The position numbers and the translations under genes are program-made. Positions 9,893 through 19,933 of a stretch of 49,177 nucleotides of DNA are shown here, piece by piece (the first letter of the stretch is position 1; every line of letters starts with the position of its first letter). The stretch lies in the NCBI GenBank assembly GCA_049598495.1, contig JBMYNR010000009.1, forward strand, positions 1 to 49,177, written 5' to 3'. This DNA comes from Opitutales bacterium (lineage in GTDB: Bacteria > Verrucomicrobiota > Verrucomicrobiia > Opitutales > Coraliomargaritaceae). Below the pieces are notes generated by a model. The model saw only the letters and a program-made list of their open reading frames with translations. It searched no databases and was not told the origin of the DNA.

Positions 9893-10307
9893 CGCCCCTG
9901 TTTTTGCAACTAGCTCAGACTCTATGCAATCGGCTCTAAGTCCGAGGCGTCCTTTTCAACACGGTATACAAGCATGTTCGGAATCGTTCGGGGGGATTCA
10001 TTGTCAGAGCATGCCGTTCGTACGTAAAAAGGCCCCACCTGTGCCGTATTAAGGGGAGATCTTAGCCTTTTGCGTCTAAGGTGGGTGCTTCCTCGCTGAT
10101 ATTTGTCTTCCGATTGACGGCTGGACAGCCACTGACGAGGGTCAGCTCCCGAATGCTAAAGAGTAAAGGACAGATACTCCGTTAAGTCTCGAACACCGTA
10201 GGGTTGATAAAAGAAAGTAGTCAGACGGTGTCGGGAATCAATCGGAATCGCATGAATGTTACGTAAGGTCTTTTTGGATAATGGTTTATTTTTGAGACTT
10301 TAGATTG

Positions 10308-10384
10308 CCAGTGGCGCGCGGGAACGCGCGCCACTGGATACGACTGATGCATGACGAATGGCGTGCGTCCCTGCACGCCACTAC
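10308..10384. repeat. REP-like palindrome doublet
   Basis: Perfect 13-bp stem CCAGTGGCGCGCG-GGAA-CGCGCGCCACTGG, then minus-strand GTAG-TGGCGTGCAGGGACGCACGCCA. Confidence 0.65.
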
Positions 10385-10441
10385 CTCAAGATCAGAGTTA
10401 CCTGTCTCGACAAGCGTGGACTTTCGATCAGACTCAGGCCT

Positions 10442-11761
10442 ATGAAATGGATGCCGCAGGAGATCATTGCCCGAAAGCGGGATGGTTTGGCGCTTACGCC
10501 GGCTGAGATTGAGTGCTTTATCGAGGGGGTTGTTTCGGGAGACTTCCAGGATTATCAGAGCAGTGCACTACTGATGGCCATCTGGCTCAATGGGATGAGC
10601 CCTGAAGAAACGGGGCACTTGACCGCTGCAATGATGCGCTCGGGGCGGGTTATCGAGTTGCCGGAAATCACACGTCCGAAAGTAGACAAGCATTCGACAG
10701 GTGGGGTCGGCGATAAAGTGTCTTTGATCCTGGCCCCACTCGTGGCCGCCTGCGGTCTTTGCGTGCCCATGATGAGTGGCCGTGGTCTCGGTCATACGGG
10801 CGGAACACTGGACAAGTTGGAGTCTATTCCGGGCTTTACGACCCAATTGAGCGATGCGGACTACCGCGCGCAATTGGGTCGTATCCATCACGCCATTATC
10901 GGGCAGTCGGCGGATATGGTGCCTGCGGATCGAAAACTTTATGCGCTACGTGACGTGACGGCGACAGTGGAGAGTCTCCCGCTGATTTGCGGCAGTATCT
11001 TGAGTAAAAAACTGGCCGAGGGAATCGACTCACTTGTATTGGATGTGAAGTGCGGCCCCGGTGCTTTCATGAAAACAGAGACCGAGGCACGTGCTTTGGC
11101 TGGAGCACTCGTTTCGATTAGTTCTGCAATGGGCAAGCCAACCTCTGCCTTGCTAACCCGTATGGATGAGCCGCTTGGATCCATGGTTGGTAACTCGCTT
11201 GAGGTGATCGAGGCGATCGAGTGCCTGAAGGGGAGAGGGCCGGAGGATATCATGGAGGTAACCTATGCGCTCTCTGCCGAGATGCTTCTGTTGGGTGGTT
11301 TGCAATCAGATCGCGGAGAAGCCCTCGCAGCGCTTCGGTCGGCAATCGAAAATGGGAGTGCGCTTACGGGCTTTTGTCATCTTGTAGAGGCGCAGGGTGG
11401 CGACCCCTCAATCGTTGGTGATTATTCGCGGCTACCTCAGGCGGCTCATACAAAGGACTTCTCTTTGGCCAATGAGGAGAAGATGTTCGTTGCGGGATTG
11501 GATGCCCGTAGCTTTGGCGATGCCGCTTGTCTTTTGGGTGCTGGGCGGACCAGCACTGATTCGGTGATTGATCCCGGCGTTGGTGTCGAGTTGATGAAGA
11601 AGATTGGCGACGTCGTCGAACCGAACGAGCCGATTTTACGTATTCATTATACCGATATGAAAACACTCGAAGCTGCCGAGGCGCGCCTCAAGGCCGGGAT
11701 TGATTTAGCGGATTCGGCTCCGTCCTCAGCGCCCATGATTATTGACCGAATTTCCAGATGA
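10442..11761 (+). CDS. deoA: Thymidine / pyrimidine-nucleoside phosphorylase
   Basis: DKHSTGGVGDK, SGRGLGHTGGTLDKLESIPG, SILSKKLAEG. Start set at MKWMPQEIIARKRDG. Confidence 0.93.
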   Translation: MKWMPQEIIARKRDGLALTPAEIECFIEGVVSGDFQDYQSSALLMAIWLNGMSPEETGHLTAAMMRSGRVIELPEITRPKVDKHSTGGVGDKVSLILAPLVAACGLCVPMMSGRGLGHTGGTLDKLESIPGFTTQLSDADYRAQLGRIHHAIIGQSADMVPADRKLYALRDVTATVESLPLICGSILSKKLAEGIDSLVLDVKCGPGAFMKTETEARALAGALVSISSAMGKPTSALLTRMDEPLGSMVGNSLEVIEAIECLKGRGPEDIMEVTYALSAEMLLLGGLQSDRGEALAALRSAIENGSALTGFCHLVEAQGGDPSIVGDYSRLPQAAHTKDFSLANEEKMFVAGLDARSFGDAACLLGAGRTSTDSVIDPGVGVELMKKIGDVVEPNEPILRIHYTDMKTLEAAEARLKAGIDLADSAPSSAPMIIDRISR

Positions 11762-11926
11762 ATGTTGTAAAGTTCATTAGAATGGTAGACGCATGCGTCT
11801 CGCACGCCATCGGTCGAAGTAAGCTTTCCCCGCGTATGGCGCCCGGGGCAGTCGTCGCTACCCGGCGATTTCGAATCGTCGAAACAGTCCGTAAAACAGT
11901 GTTTTAAATCACAGAATTCAGAACTT

Positions 11927-12724
11927 ATGCAGCTCCCTATACTCCCCCAGGAACTCCTTGAATTTAAACCAGAGATCGGCCTCATTCTCGGCTCTGGCCT
12001 AGGTTCTTTTGCGGATGATCGCATTGAGGTTACCGGCCGTCTTTCGTATGGCGAGATCGAGGGCTTTCCTGTTTCTACGGTGCCGGGGCACACCGGCCAG
12101 TTTGTCTACGGGATGCTCGAAGGGAAGCGTCTAATCTGTATGCAGGGTCGTTTTCACTATTACGAGGGCTACTCCATGTCGCAGTTGTCTATGCCCATAC
12201 GGGTGATGCATTCCCTGGGCGTCAATACGGTCTTTGTGACCAATGCTGCGGGTGGTATTAATCAGGACTATATGCCGGGTGATTTTATGATGCTGAGCGA
12301 TCACATCAATTTACTGGGGACGAATCCCTTAATCGGTTGGGAGGGAGATGAAGGTCTGCGTTTTCCCGATATGACCGAGGTTTACGACGGAGTCCTGCGG
12401 AGAAGGATTCGGGCGTGGGCTTCAGCCAACAAGATGGATTTAAAGGAAGGGGTCTACCTAGCGACAACCGGGCCGAGCTTTGAGACCCCCGCGGAAATCC
12501 GTGCCTTTGCGGCGCTGGGTGCGGATGCAGTTGGTATGTCGACCGTGCCGGAAGCCATTGTGTCCCGGAAATTAGGCATGCGGGTGCTTGGAATCTCATG
12601 CATCACCAATGCAGCAGCCGGCATTTCTGAAACAGAGTTGACCCACGAGGAAGTCTCTGAAACCGCCGATCGAGTGCGTATTCAGTTTGCAGACTTGCTC
12701 GCAGCCGGCATCCGGCTAGCCTAA
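11927..12724 (+). CDS. punA: Purine-nucleoside phosphorylase (trimeric type)
   Basis: ILGSGLG, STVPGHTG, QGRFHYYEG, TNAAGGIN, GPSFETPAE, VGMSTVPE. Confidence 0.93.
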   Translation: MQLPILPQELLEFKPEIGLILGSGLGSFADDRIEVTGRLSYGEIEGFPVSTVPGHTGQFVYGMLEGKRLICMQGRFHYYEGYSMSQLSMPIRVMHSLGVNTVFVTNAAGGINQDYMPGDFMMLSDHINLLGTNPLIGWEGDEGLRFPDMTEVYDGVLRRRIRAWASANKMDLKEGVYLATTGPSFETPAEIRAFAALGADAVGMSTVPEAIVSRKLGMRVLGISCITNAAAGISETELTHEEVSETADRVRIQFADLLAAGIRLA

Positions 12725-12730
12725 TCCATC

Positions 12731-13351
12731 ATGGCCACCGATCTTTCATCGCATCCGCTCGTCCAGCATCATCTAACGATCCTGCGGGATCGCGATACCC
12801 GCTCTGCTGAGTTTCGCCGTGCATGTAAAAGGATCACGGAGGTCATTATGTTGGAGTCGGCCAAAAGCCTGAGCCTGGATGAGGTCACCGTGCAGACGCC
12901 GCTGGAGCTGACTCAAGGTGCACGTCTGAGTGCAGGCGTTGTTTTTGTTCCGATCCTGCGTGCTGGGCTTGGAATGCTTGATTCTGCCATGTCCATTATT
13001 CCCGGGAGTCGTGTGGGCTACATTGGTATGGAGCGCGACGAGGTGTCTGCGGAAGCCACTTGTTATTACTCTAAAATGCCCGATCTTAGTGTGAGTTCGC
13101 GGGTGATCGTTCTCGATCCCATGCTGGCAACAGGCGGATCGGCCGTGCAGTGTATTGACGAACTAAAAAAACACGGTGCCAAAGAGGTAACGATGGTCTG
13201 TATCATCGCGGCACCCGAAGGGGTTGAGGCCTTGGAACGTGCGCATTCCGATGTTCCGATTATTACAGGAAAAATCGATCGTCTATTGAATGAGCAGAAG
13301 TATATTCTGCCCGGTCTGGGCGATTTTGGAGACCGCCTATTCGATACTTAG
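12731..13351 (+). CDS. upp: Uracil phosphoribosyltransferase
   Basis: VPILRAGLGM, LDPMLATGGS, YILPGLGDFGDRLF. Confidence 0.96.
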   Translation: MATDLSSHPLVQHHLTILRDRDTRSAEFRRACKRITEVIMLESAKSLSLDEVTVQTPLELTQGARLSAGVVFVPILRAGLGMLDSAMSIIPGSRVGYIGMERDEVSAEATCYYSKMPDLSVSSRVIVLDPMLATGGSAVQCIDELKKHGAKEVTMVCIIAAPEGVEALERAHSDVPIITGKIDRLLNEQKYILPGLGDFGDRLFDT

Positions 13352-13369
13352 GCAGACGGGAGATTCAGC

Positions 13370-13654
13370 TTAGGCCTTATCTTTAGTCGCTTCCTCAACG
13401 CTTTCTCTCTCAACGCTTTCTGTCTCGACCTGCTTCGATGCCGGCGTGGCTGTCGGTTCTTCCGGTTGTTCTTCCATCGCAGTGCGAATATCTCCTTCGA
13501 TATCAGTGGTCGCCTTCTTGAACTCGCGGATCGATTTTCCGAAGGAGCGGAAGAGCTCAGGTAGACGTTTGGCTCCAAAGAGCAGCAGAACGATTAGGAA
13601 GATCAGGAGGATCTCAGGGCCGTTGATATTTTGGAGAAATGCGAGCGTGTTCAT
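13370..13654 (-). CDS. tatA: Twin-arginine translocase TatA/E
   Basis: EILLIFLIVLLLFGAKRLPEL...GKSIREFKK. Confidence 0.93.
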   Translation of the reverse strand: MNTLAFLQNINGPEILLIFLIVLLLFGAKRLPELFRSFGKSIREFKKATTDIEGDIRTAMEEQPEEPTATPASKQVETESVERESVEEATKDKA

Positions 13655-13744
13655 AGGAATAAAGATGAAGATGAAAATGAAAGGAGTAAACTGTAATTAG
13701 CGGGCAATGATCTGGCTTCTGTTTTCCGGTGCCCGTCGCTTGAA

Positions 13745-14155
13745 TCACCCAGCGGGTTCACGGTAGATCTTCTGTAGGCGGGTGGCCTCGGCTGCAGTTA
13801 CCGGAGTCGCATGGTCGTTGATTTTCGGTTCGCCTTCGAGAATATCAGCGGTGCGAAGACCGACTTCACGGTTTTCACGGGTTTTCAGGATGGCATTTAT
13901 ATTGCCTTCGCGATCGGTCGTCTGAAGGAAGACGCCTGCCTCGAAGTTACGTGCGTTACGTAGGGTGGCGAGGCGCTCGATCTCGTCGACATGGACGATG
14001 ATGGCCTCGTTGGTGATGTAGACGCTACCTGTTGGAGCACGTCCGATCTGTTCGCTGCCTTCGGTCACGCGGACATTGCCGCTACCGGCGCAACCGCTGA
14101 GGAGCCAGAGAAGCAAGGTGCTGAGGGCAATAGATGTTAGAGATTTCATGGGCAT
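13745..14155 (-). CDS. Hypothetical lipoprotein
   Basis: Lipobox LLSGC; lies between rpoD and tatA on the same strand. Confidence 0.7.
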   Translation of the reverse strand: MPMKSLTSIALSTLLLWLLSGCAGSGNVRVTEGSEQIGRAPTGSVYITNEAIIVHVDEIERLATLRNARNFEAGVFLQTTDREGNINAILKTRENREVGLRTADILEGEPKINDHATPVTAAEATRLQKIYREPAG

Positions 14156-14167
14156 GTGTCTTAAGTC

Positions 14168-16264
14168 TTACTTATGCTTCGCATTTTCGCGTTTGATGCT
14201 ATCCATACCCGGCTTCTCGAGATTGATATCTCCTTCGAAGAAGCCATGAAGCTGACGGATACGGGTCGGGTGGCGCATCTTGCGAAGTGCCTTTGCTTCG
14301 ATCTGGCGAATCCGTTCACGGGTGACTTTGAATTGGCGGCCCACTTCCTCGAGTGTTCGAGAGTAGCCGTCGGCGAGGCCGAAACGCAGGGAAAGGACAC
14401 GGCGCTCACGCTCTGTGAGCGAATCGAGAACATCGGTGATCTTCTCACGCAGCAAACTGTAAGCAGTCATGTCATACGGATTCTCGGCACCCTTGTCCTC
14501 AATGAAATCACCGAAATTAGTGTCATCCGAATCACCAACAGGGCTCTGTAAGGAGATCGGCTGTTGTGCCATCTTCATAATCGACTGAACGCGCTCAATC
14601 GGAAGATTCATTTCATCGGCGACCTCCTCGGCAGTGGGTTCGTGCCCGAGCTCTTGCAGGAGTTGTTTCTGAACCTGCATGACCTTATTAAGGGTCTCGA
14701 TCATATGGACCGGTATACGAATTGTCCGTGCCTGATCGGCGATGGAACGGGTAATTGCCTGACGAATCCACCAAGTCGCGTAGGTAGAGAACTTGTAGCC
14801 ACGACGGTATTCAAATTTCTCAACCGCCTTCATTAGGCCCATGTTACCCTCCTGAATGAGGTCGAGGAAGGAGAGGCCGCGGTTCGTGTATTTCTTAGCA
14901 ATTGAAATCACAAGACGGAGGTTCGCCTCGACCATCTCGGTCTTGGCCTTGTGTGCCTCGCGCATACCGGTGCGCACTTCACGGATGATCTCCATGAATT
15001 CACGAGCATCCATCTTGAACTCGGTCTTGATCTCTTTGAGGCGCTTGTTTGTAGCTTTGACGTCGACCTTCTTCTTGCGGCGTGAGGAAACCATGTTGGC
15101 CGCTTCAAGGTCGTCGTAGAGACTACTTACCTCTCGGTATATTGGCGTGAGGTCGTTGAGGAAGTCTTCGAAGCATTTTAGCTTGAGGCAATATTTGCGG
15201 AGCACCTTGCGCAGTTCTTCCTCGTACTTTATCATACGAGTTCGGGCGCGTTTCGCGTTGGATTCGTTACTTGCCCCGATATGGCTGTCCCATGCCGAAT
15301 AAATACGCTCGCCGAGGCGGTGGGCCTCTTCTAGATGCTTTGGCAGGCTGTTGAAATAGGCCTCGCGGCTTTCGATTTTCTTGTCCAGAACGACGCGGTC
15401 AAAGCGCTCCTCGCGGTTGAGTAGTTTCTGAACAATATCGTTCTGGAACTCGAGTGTGAGGGCAGTCGAGAAGAGAGCGTCTTGCGCCCTCAATTCAGCC
15501 TTTTCGATCCGTTTGGAGATGGCCACCTCTTCCTCGCGTGTAAGTAGGGGCACCTGCCCCATCTGCTTCAGATACATGCGGACGGGGTCGTCCAAAATAT
15601 CGTTCTGGGAAGTGCGGACTTCTTTCTCTTCAGTTTTTTCCTGGCGGGCCTTGAAGGCCTCAACCTCGCTGTCGTCGAGAATCTCTACTTCAAGGTTTTG
15701 TAGAATCGAAATTACATTCTCGATTTCGTCCGGGTTGTTGACGGAATCGGGGAGGGCCTTGTTAATATCCTTGTAAGTAAGGAAACTCTGTTCCTTGGAG
15801 AGGCGGATCAAGTTTCTGATACGTTCATTCAGCTTCTCTTGCGCTTTCGCAGATAGCTTTCGTTTCTTGCCTGCCTTCTTTGTCGCCGCGGCCAACTTGG
15901 TTTCTTCGGCCTCGGTCGATTCAACCGGTGCTTTTTTGGCCGCCTTCTTTGCTACTTTTTTCGTGGCTTTTTTTACCGTCTTTTTGACAGCTACCTTTTT
16001 GGCGGCCTTTTTCTTCACGGCCTTCCCGGCTGCTTTGGGGGCAACCTTCTTTTTTGCGGGCGCCTTCTTTTTCACAGCTTTTGTCTTTGCAGGCAGCTTC
16101 TTCTTGGCCGGTGCTTTTTTGGCAATCTTCTTTTTAACGGGCACCTTTTTTGCGGGGGCCTTTTTGGCGACCTTCTTTTTGGCTGCCTTTTTGGCAGGGG
16201 CCTTTTTGGCTACGATCTTTTTTTTGGCTGCCTTTTGGGCGGTTTTCTTTTTGGCGGCTGGCAT
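14168..16264 (-). CDS. rpoD: Primary sigma factor RpoD with K/A/P-rich N-terminal extension
   Basis: [68 protein letters not shown]. Confidence 0.97.
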   Translation of the reverse strand: MPAAKKKTAQKAAKKKIVAKKAPAKKAAKKKVAKKAPAKKVPVKKKIAKKAPAKKKLPAKTKAVKKKAPAKKKVAPKAAGKAVKKKAAKKVAVKKTVKKATKKVAKKAAKKAPVESTEAEETKLAAATKKAGKKRKLSAKAQEKLNERIRNLIRLSKEQSFLTYKDINKALPDSVNNPDEIENVISILQNLEVEILDDSEVEAFKARQEKTEEKEVRTSQNDILDDPVRMYLKQMGQVPLLTREEEVAISKRIEKAELRAQDALFSTALTLEFQNDIVQKLLNREERFDRVVLDKKIESREAYFNSLPKHLEEAHRLGERIYSAWDSHIGASNESNAKRARTRMIKYEEELRKVLRKYCLKLKCFEDFLNDLTPIYREVSSLYDDLEAANMVSSRRKKKVDVKATNKRLKEIKTEFKMDAREFMEIIREVRTGMREAHKAKTEMVEANLRLVISIAKKYTNRGLSFLDLIQEGNMGLMKAVEKFEYRRGYKFSTYATWWIRQAITRSIADQARTIRIPVHMIETLNKVMQVQKQLLQELGHEPTAEEVADEMNLPIERVQSIMKMAQQPISLQSPVGDSDDTNFGDFIEDKGAENPYDMTAYSLLREKITDVLDSLTERERRVLSLRFGLADGYSRTLEEVGRQFKVTRERIRQIEAKALRKMRHPTRIRQLHGFFEGDINLEKPGMDSIKRENAKHK

Positions 16265-16290
16265 AATGTGTTACTTGGAAGCGTTTTGGT

Positions 16291-18120
16291 TTAAAGTTGG
16301 AGGCTTAGGGGAATCTTAAGGTCGTGCTGCAGCGATTTTTGTTCCCGCAGGAGTTGGATCTGAGTCTCTGGTTCGGCATTTATGCTCCGCTGGCGTAGTG
16401 CTTGGATCTTTTGTTCAACGTGGTTACGGCGGAGTTTCTCGAGGCAGAGTTCAATATGTTTGACGGGTTCTTCGACATAAAGATCGCGCGCGTGGATGTC
16501 GGCTAAGAGTTTTCGGTCATCGACGCTGTCGATGATGGTCTCGATTTGTTGTGCGTTTTCGATGATGCCCTCGCGGATTTCCGCAAGTAGACGAGAGAGG
16601 AGACTCCCTGTTGTTGATTTTGTATTAATCCACTCGTAATCAATAATTTCTGAAAGCCTTTTGTTGTGTTCTGGATGGTGTAGAACGAGCCAAAGTAGCT
16701 CCCAAGTTGCTTGTGTCAATAGTGGGTCTCGACTGGCGAGAGTGGGCTCTGGTATTGGGTTTGAGTTACTTTTGAAGGTAGGCCGCGGCGGAGGGACTTT
16801 TTTGAAGTCGCGGAGTGCGGCTTGTGCGTCGACACCGATCAGCTTGGAGGCGATGTTGATATAGTCTTCTCGGGCGACTTCGGAAGCCACCTGCTGGAGA
16901 AGTTCAAAGACGCTCCTGAGTGCGCTCGTCTTCTCATGAGTCGTGGGTTCGCGATCTTCCGGTAGCGCTTCTGCGACGGCGAGTTCGATACCGCTTCGTG
17001 CGTTTTGACGGAGCTCATCGAGGGCAGTGGCTCCCTTCTCCCGGAGGAGATCATCCGGGTCGGCCTTCTCGGGTAGAAGGAGGAATTGAAATTCCAAGCC
17101 GGCTTTGAAAGCAAGCGGAAGTGCACGGAGTGCGGCTTTCCGCCCCGCGGCATCGCCGTCGAGCAGGCATTCGACCGCGCTCGGTTCGTAACGTCTTAGG
17201 AGATGGAGTTGCTCATCAGTGATAGCGGTGCCCTGTGGCGCGACAGCGGTGTGAAGGCCGACGGACCAGCAACGAATGGCATCCAATTGGCCTTCAACGA
17301 GAAGGAAGCTGCCGCCTTCCTTGAGGTGGGTGCGGGCATGGTCCATACCAAAAAGGATCCGACCCTTGTGAAAGATGGGTGTTTCTGGAGAGTTTACGTA
17401 TTTTGCTTCGCGGGCAGGATCGTCTTCCGGGGTTTGAGGAAGCTGGCGCGCTGTGAAGGCAACCACACGACCTTGGACATCCCGGATCGGGATCATAAGA
17501 CGACCGCGGAAACGTGATTTGAAACGCTCGTGATCGCGTTCCCCGTCACGGGCGAAGAAGAGTCCGGACCGGTGCATGGCCAAGGTCGAGATATTCTTTT
17601 CTTTGCAATAGAGTGCGAACGTATTGATGCCGGCAGGGGCATAGCCGATCTTGATTTCCCGTGCGGTTTCGGATGAGAAGCCGCGCTGGTTCTTCCAATA
17701 ATCGCGCACGGGTGCCGCTTCCTTGGCTTCAACCAGTTGTTGGTGGAACCAAGTGGTGGCTAGCTCATGAAGTTCGAAAAGCTGCTTACGGAGCGAGACC
17801 TCCTCCCGAGAGGGCCCGCCTTCTTCGTACTCAAGTGGAAGGTTGAATTTCTTTGCCAGAAACTCAACCGCCTCGATAAACTCGAGGTTCTCTTGCTTCA
17901 TTATGAAAGTGAAGCAATCGCCGCCTTCACCGGTGCTGAAGCATTTGTAGAAGCCGCGGTCCGGATGGACGTAAAAGGAGGGGGTCTTCTCCGTAGTAAA
18001 TGGACTAAGTCCTTTCCATGAGCGCCCGGCTCGTTTGAGTTGAGCATAGGGTGAGACAACATCCACCAAGTTGACTTGGTGTTTAATTGCTTCGATCGAA
18101 CTTTGTTTTACGCGCGGCAA
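16291..18120 (-). CDS. dnaG: DNA primase
   Basis: EKTPSF, RFRGRLMIPI, AKYVNSPETPIF, VEGQLD and DGDAAG TOPRIM motifs; TTG start; upstream of rpoD. Confidence 0.96.
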   Translation of the reverse strand: MPRVKQSSIEAIKHQVNLVDVVSPYAQLKRAGRSWKGLSPFTTEKTPSFYVHPDRGFYKCFSTGEGGDCFTFIMKQENLEFIEAVEFLAKKFNLPLEYEEGGPSREEVSLRKQLFELHELATTWFHQQLVEAKEAAPVRDYWKNQRGFSSETAREIKIGYAPAGINTFALYCKEKNISTLAMHRSGLFFARDGERDHERFKSRFRGRLMIPIRDVQGRVVAFTARQLPQTPEDDPAREAKYVNSPETPIFHKGRILFGMDHARTHLKEGGSFLLVEGQLDAIRCWSVGLHTAVAPQGTAITDEQLHLLRRYEPSAVECLLDGDAAGRKAALRALPLAFKAGLEFQFLLLPEKADPDDLLREKGATALDELRQNARSGIELAVAEALPEDREPTTHEKTSALRSVFELLQQVASEVAREDYINIASKLIGVDAQAALRDFKKVPPPRPTFKSNSNPIPEPTLASRDPLLTQATWELLWLVLHHPEHNKRLSEIIDYEWINTKSTTGSLLSRLLAEIREGIIENAQQIETIIDSVDDRKLLADIHARDLYVEEPVKHIELCLEKLRRNHVEQKIQALRQRSINAEPETQIQLLREQKSLQHDLKIPLSLQL

Positions 18121-18127
18121 AGGGAAT

Positions 18128-18157
18128 AAGTGAACGCAAACGAAGTGAACGCAAACG
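18128..18157. repeat. 15-bp tandem duplication
   Basis: AAGTGAACGCAAACG twice, filling most of the gap before dnaG. Confidence 0.7.
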
Positions 18158-18159
18158 AG

Positions 18160-19848
18160 TTAGCGAAGGCGTGCGACCGCATCCCGGGCCTCGGGAATTA
18201 GGGGATGATTCGGAGCAATATCGATGAATCGCAGATAGAGATTGCGGGCAGTGACATTGTCTTCAGATATTCGCTCGTGCGCCCGCGCCAGTGAGAGTGT
18301 AATTTCCGGGCTTGCCGGGAATCGGTCATAGGCGGTTTGCAATTCCGAAAGGAAATCCTCCGGATTTTTGGATCGCTGAGTGACCCGTAGATAGTCGAGC
18401 GTGTAGGCGACTTCTCCCGGGCTTAGTCGGACAGCTTCGAGGGCAGCTGTCTCGGCATTATTCAATTGGCCATCCACGAGATAAGCTCGAGAGAGAAGGT
18501 TCCAAATTTCCGCAGGGTTGTCGGCAATACTGATGGCGGCCCAGTATTTGCGAATCGCAGATTTGAAATCACGGTCGATCTCGGCGGTTTCGGCATCGGC
18601 GAGAAGCTCTTCAACTGTGAGAGGACGATCGCTTGCCTGCTCTTCGATACCTCGAAAGGTTTCCTCGAGTACGGACTCTGGCTCTGCGGTTGTTACTGCA
18701 TAGTTAGTCGGTTCGGCGATCGATTCTTGATCGAAGTCAACATCGAAGGTGATTTCAGGCTCGGCTGGTTCAATGGCAATGTCGGGGTTGTATACGATGG
18801 TCTCGCTATTGTCTGCTTCGGAGGTGCTCGGTGTGTTTTCCGGTTTATCCAGTGTTTCTTCAACAGCGATTTCTTCGGTCGCTTCAATCGCGGGGGTATC
18901 GGCCATGGCTTCTGCGGTCTCTATGTCGGCGATGACTTGAGCTTTGCTCTCGGTAGCGATACCGGTGGGCTCCTTGCTGTCGGCCAGTTCGGCCGCGCTT
19001 TGATCCGTTTCCGCGGCTCCGGCTTCGGTCGCACTTTTTTCTGTTTCGGCTTCGGCAAGTTTCGCTTTCATCTCATCCTGAGCCTTGCGCCAGTTGGTTA
19101 ATTCCTCGCGCGCCTGTTTCCATTGGCTGGCATCGACAGCGCCCGGGAACTGTTTATCCAACCGAGCGATGGTTGCTTCCGCGCCTGGCCAATTTTTCTG
19201 GCGGAGCTTAATTTCAAGAAGCCCAAAGAGTGAGGTGAGTGCGTTTGGATCATCTTGATCAACGGCCATTTCAAGCCAAGCCTCAGCCTGTGGTAGGTTG
19301 CCAACTTTGGCAAAGAGTTGCCCAATGGATGCGGCGGTCTCTGCATCCGGTTTGCTTGTTTCGGGATCGACTCCCATAAGGTAGGCGTCGAGTGCGGGTT
19401 GGATCTTGTTCTCGGTGGCTCGGTTCTGCCCTAGGCGAATCCAGAGCTCAGGCGTCAGCGCGTCCGGAGTCTGCTCGGCAAGCTTTTCCAGTAGATGTCC
19501 GGCCGGCTGGTTGGCCGCTTGCAGACTGCTGTAGGTTTGGAGGAGAAGCTTCGCATCATCGGGTGCCTGTAGATGCGCTTGCTCGAGAAAAAAGGCTGCC
19601 ATCTTGTGGTCGCCTTCGTTCGAATAGATACGACCCATCGACTCGAGGATTTCAATATCGTTTGGATATTGAGGGGCCAATTTCTCTAGCAGCTTCAGGG
19701 CCTCTGTATTCGAGCCCTTCTCGGTGAGTATTTGGGCTTTTTCAATCGTCTCAGCCTTCTTTTCTTCAGGCTTCTTGCAACCGTTCAGTGTAATGACAGT
19801 CGTAAACAGTGTGAGAAAGAATACGTTTTTGAAGTTTGCTTTTGGCAT
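18160..19848 (-). CDS. TPR-containing lipoprotein with acidic central linker
   Basis: Lipobox TLNGC; N- and C-terminal TPR blocks separated by an E/A/T-rich region. Confidence 0.8.
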   Translation of the reverse strand: MPKANFKNVFFLTLFTTVITLNGCKKPEEKKAETIEKAQILTEKGSNTEALKLLEKLAPQYPNDIEILESMGRIYSNEGDHKMAAFFLEQAHLQAPDDAKLLLQTYSSLQAANQPAGHLLEKLAEQTPDALTPELWIRLGQNRATENKIQPALDAYLMGVDPETSKPDAETAASIGQLFAKVGNLPQAEAWLEMAVDQDDPNALTSLFGLLEIKLRQKNWPGAEATIARLDKQFPGAVDASQWKQAREELTNWRKAQDEMKAKLAEAETEKSATEAGAAETDQSAAELADSKEPTGIATESKAQVIADIETAEAMADTPAIEATEEIAVEETLDKPENTPSTSEADNSETIVYNPDIAIEPAEPEITFDVDFDQESIAEPTNYAVTTAEPESVLEETFRGIEEQASDRPLTVEELLADAETAEIDRDFKSAIRKYWAAISIADNPAEIWNLLSRAYLVDGQLNNAETAALEAVRLSPGEVAYTLDYLRVTQRSKNPEDFLSELQTAYDRFPASPEITLSLARAHERISEDNVTARNLYLRFIDIAPNHPLIPEARDAVARLR

Positions 19849-19933
19849 GGTCAGGTTTTGTCTACGGGGTGTGCGTGATCAGGGTAACAAAACGTCAGTC
19901 TCTTCACTTTCGTTTCCGCTTTATAGCTGTCAA

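Noticed and set aside
9613..9939. 108-aa ORF
   Set aside because: Runs through REP palindromes, has a TTG start and shows no protein-like motifs.
10118..10154. Hammerhead-like core CTGACGA-GGG...CCC-GAA
   Set aside because: GAAA is GAAT here, and no stem III or NUH cleavage triplet can be formed; at best degenerate or chance.
15795..16319. 174-aa F/A/L-rich ORF resembling a membrane protein
   Set aside because: Antisense shadow of the Lys/Ala repeat of rpoD.
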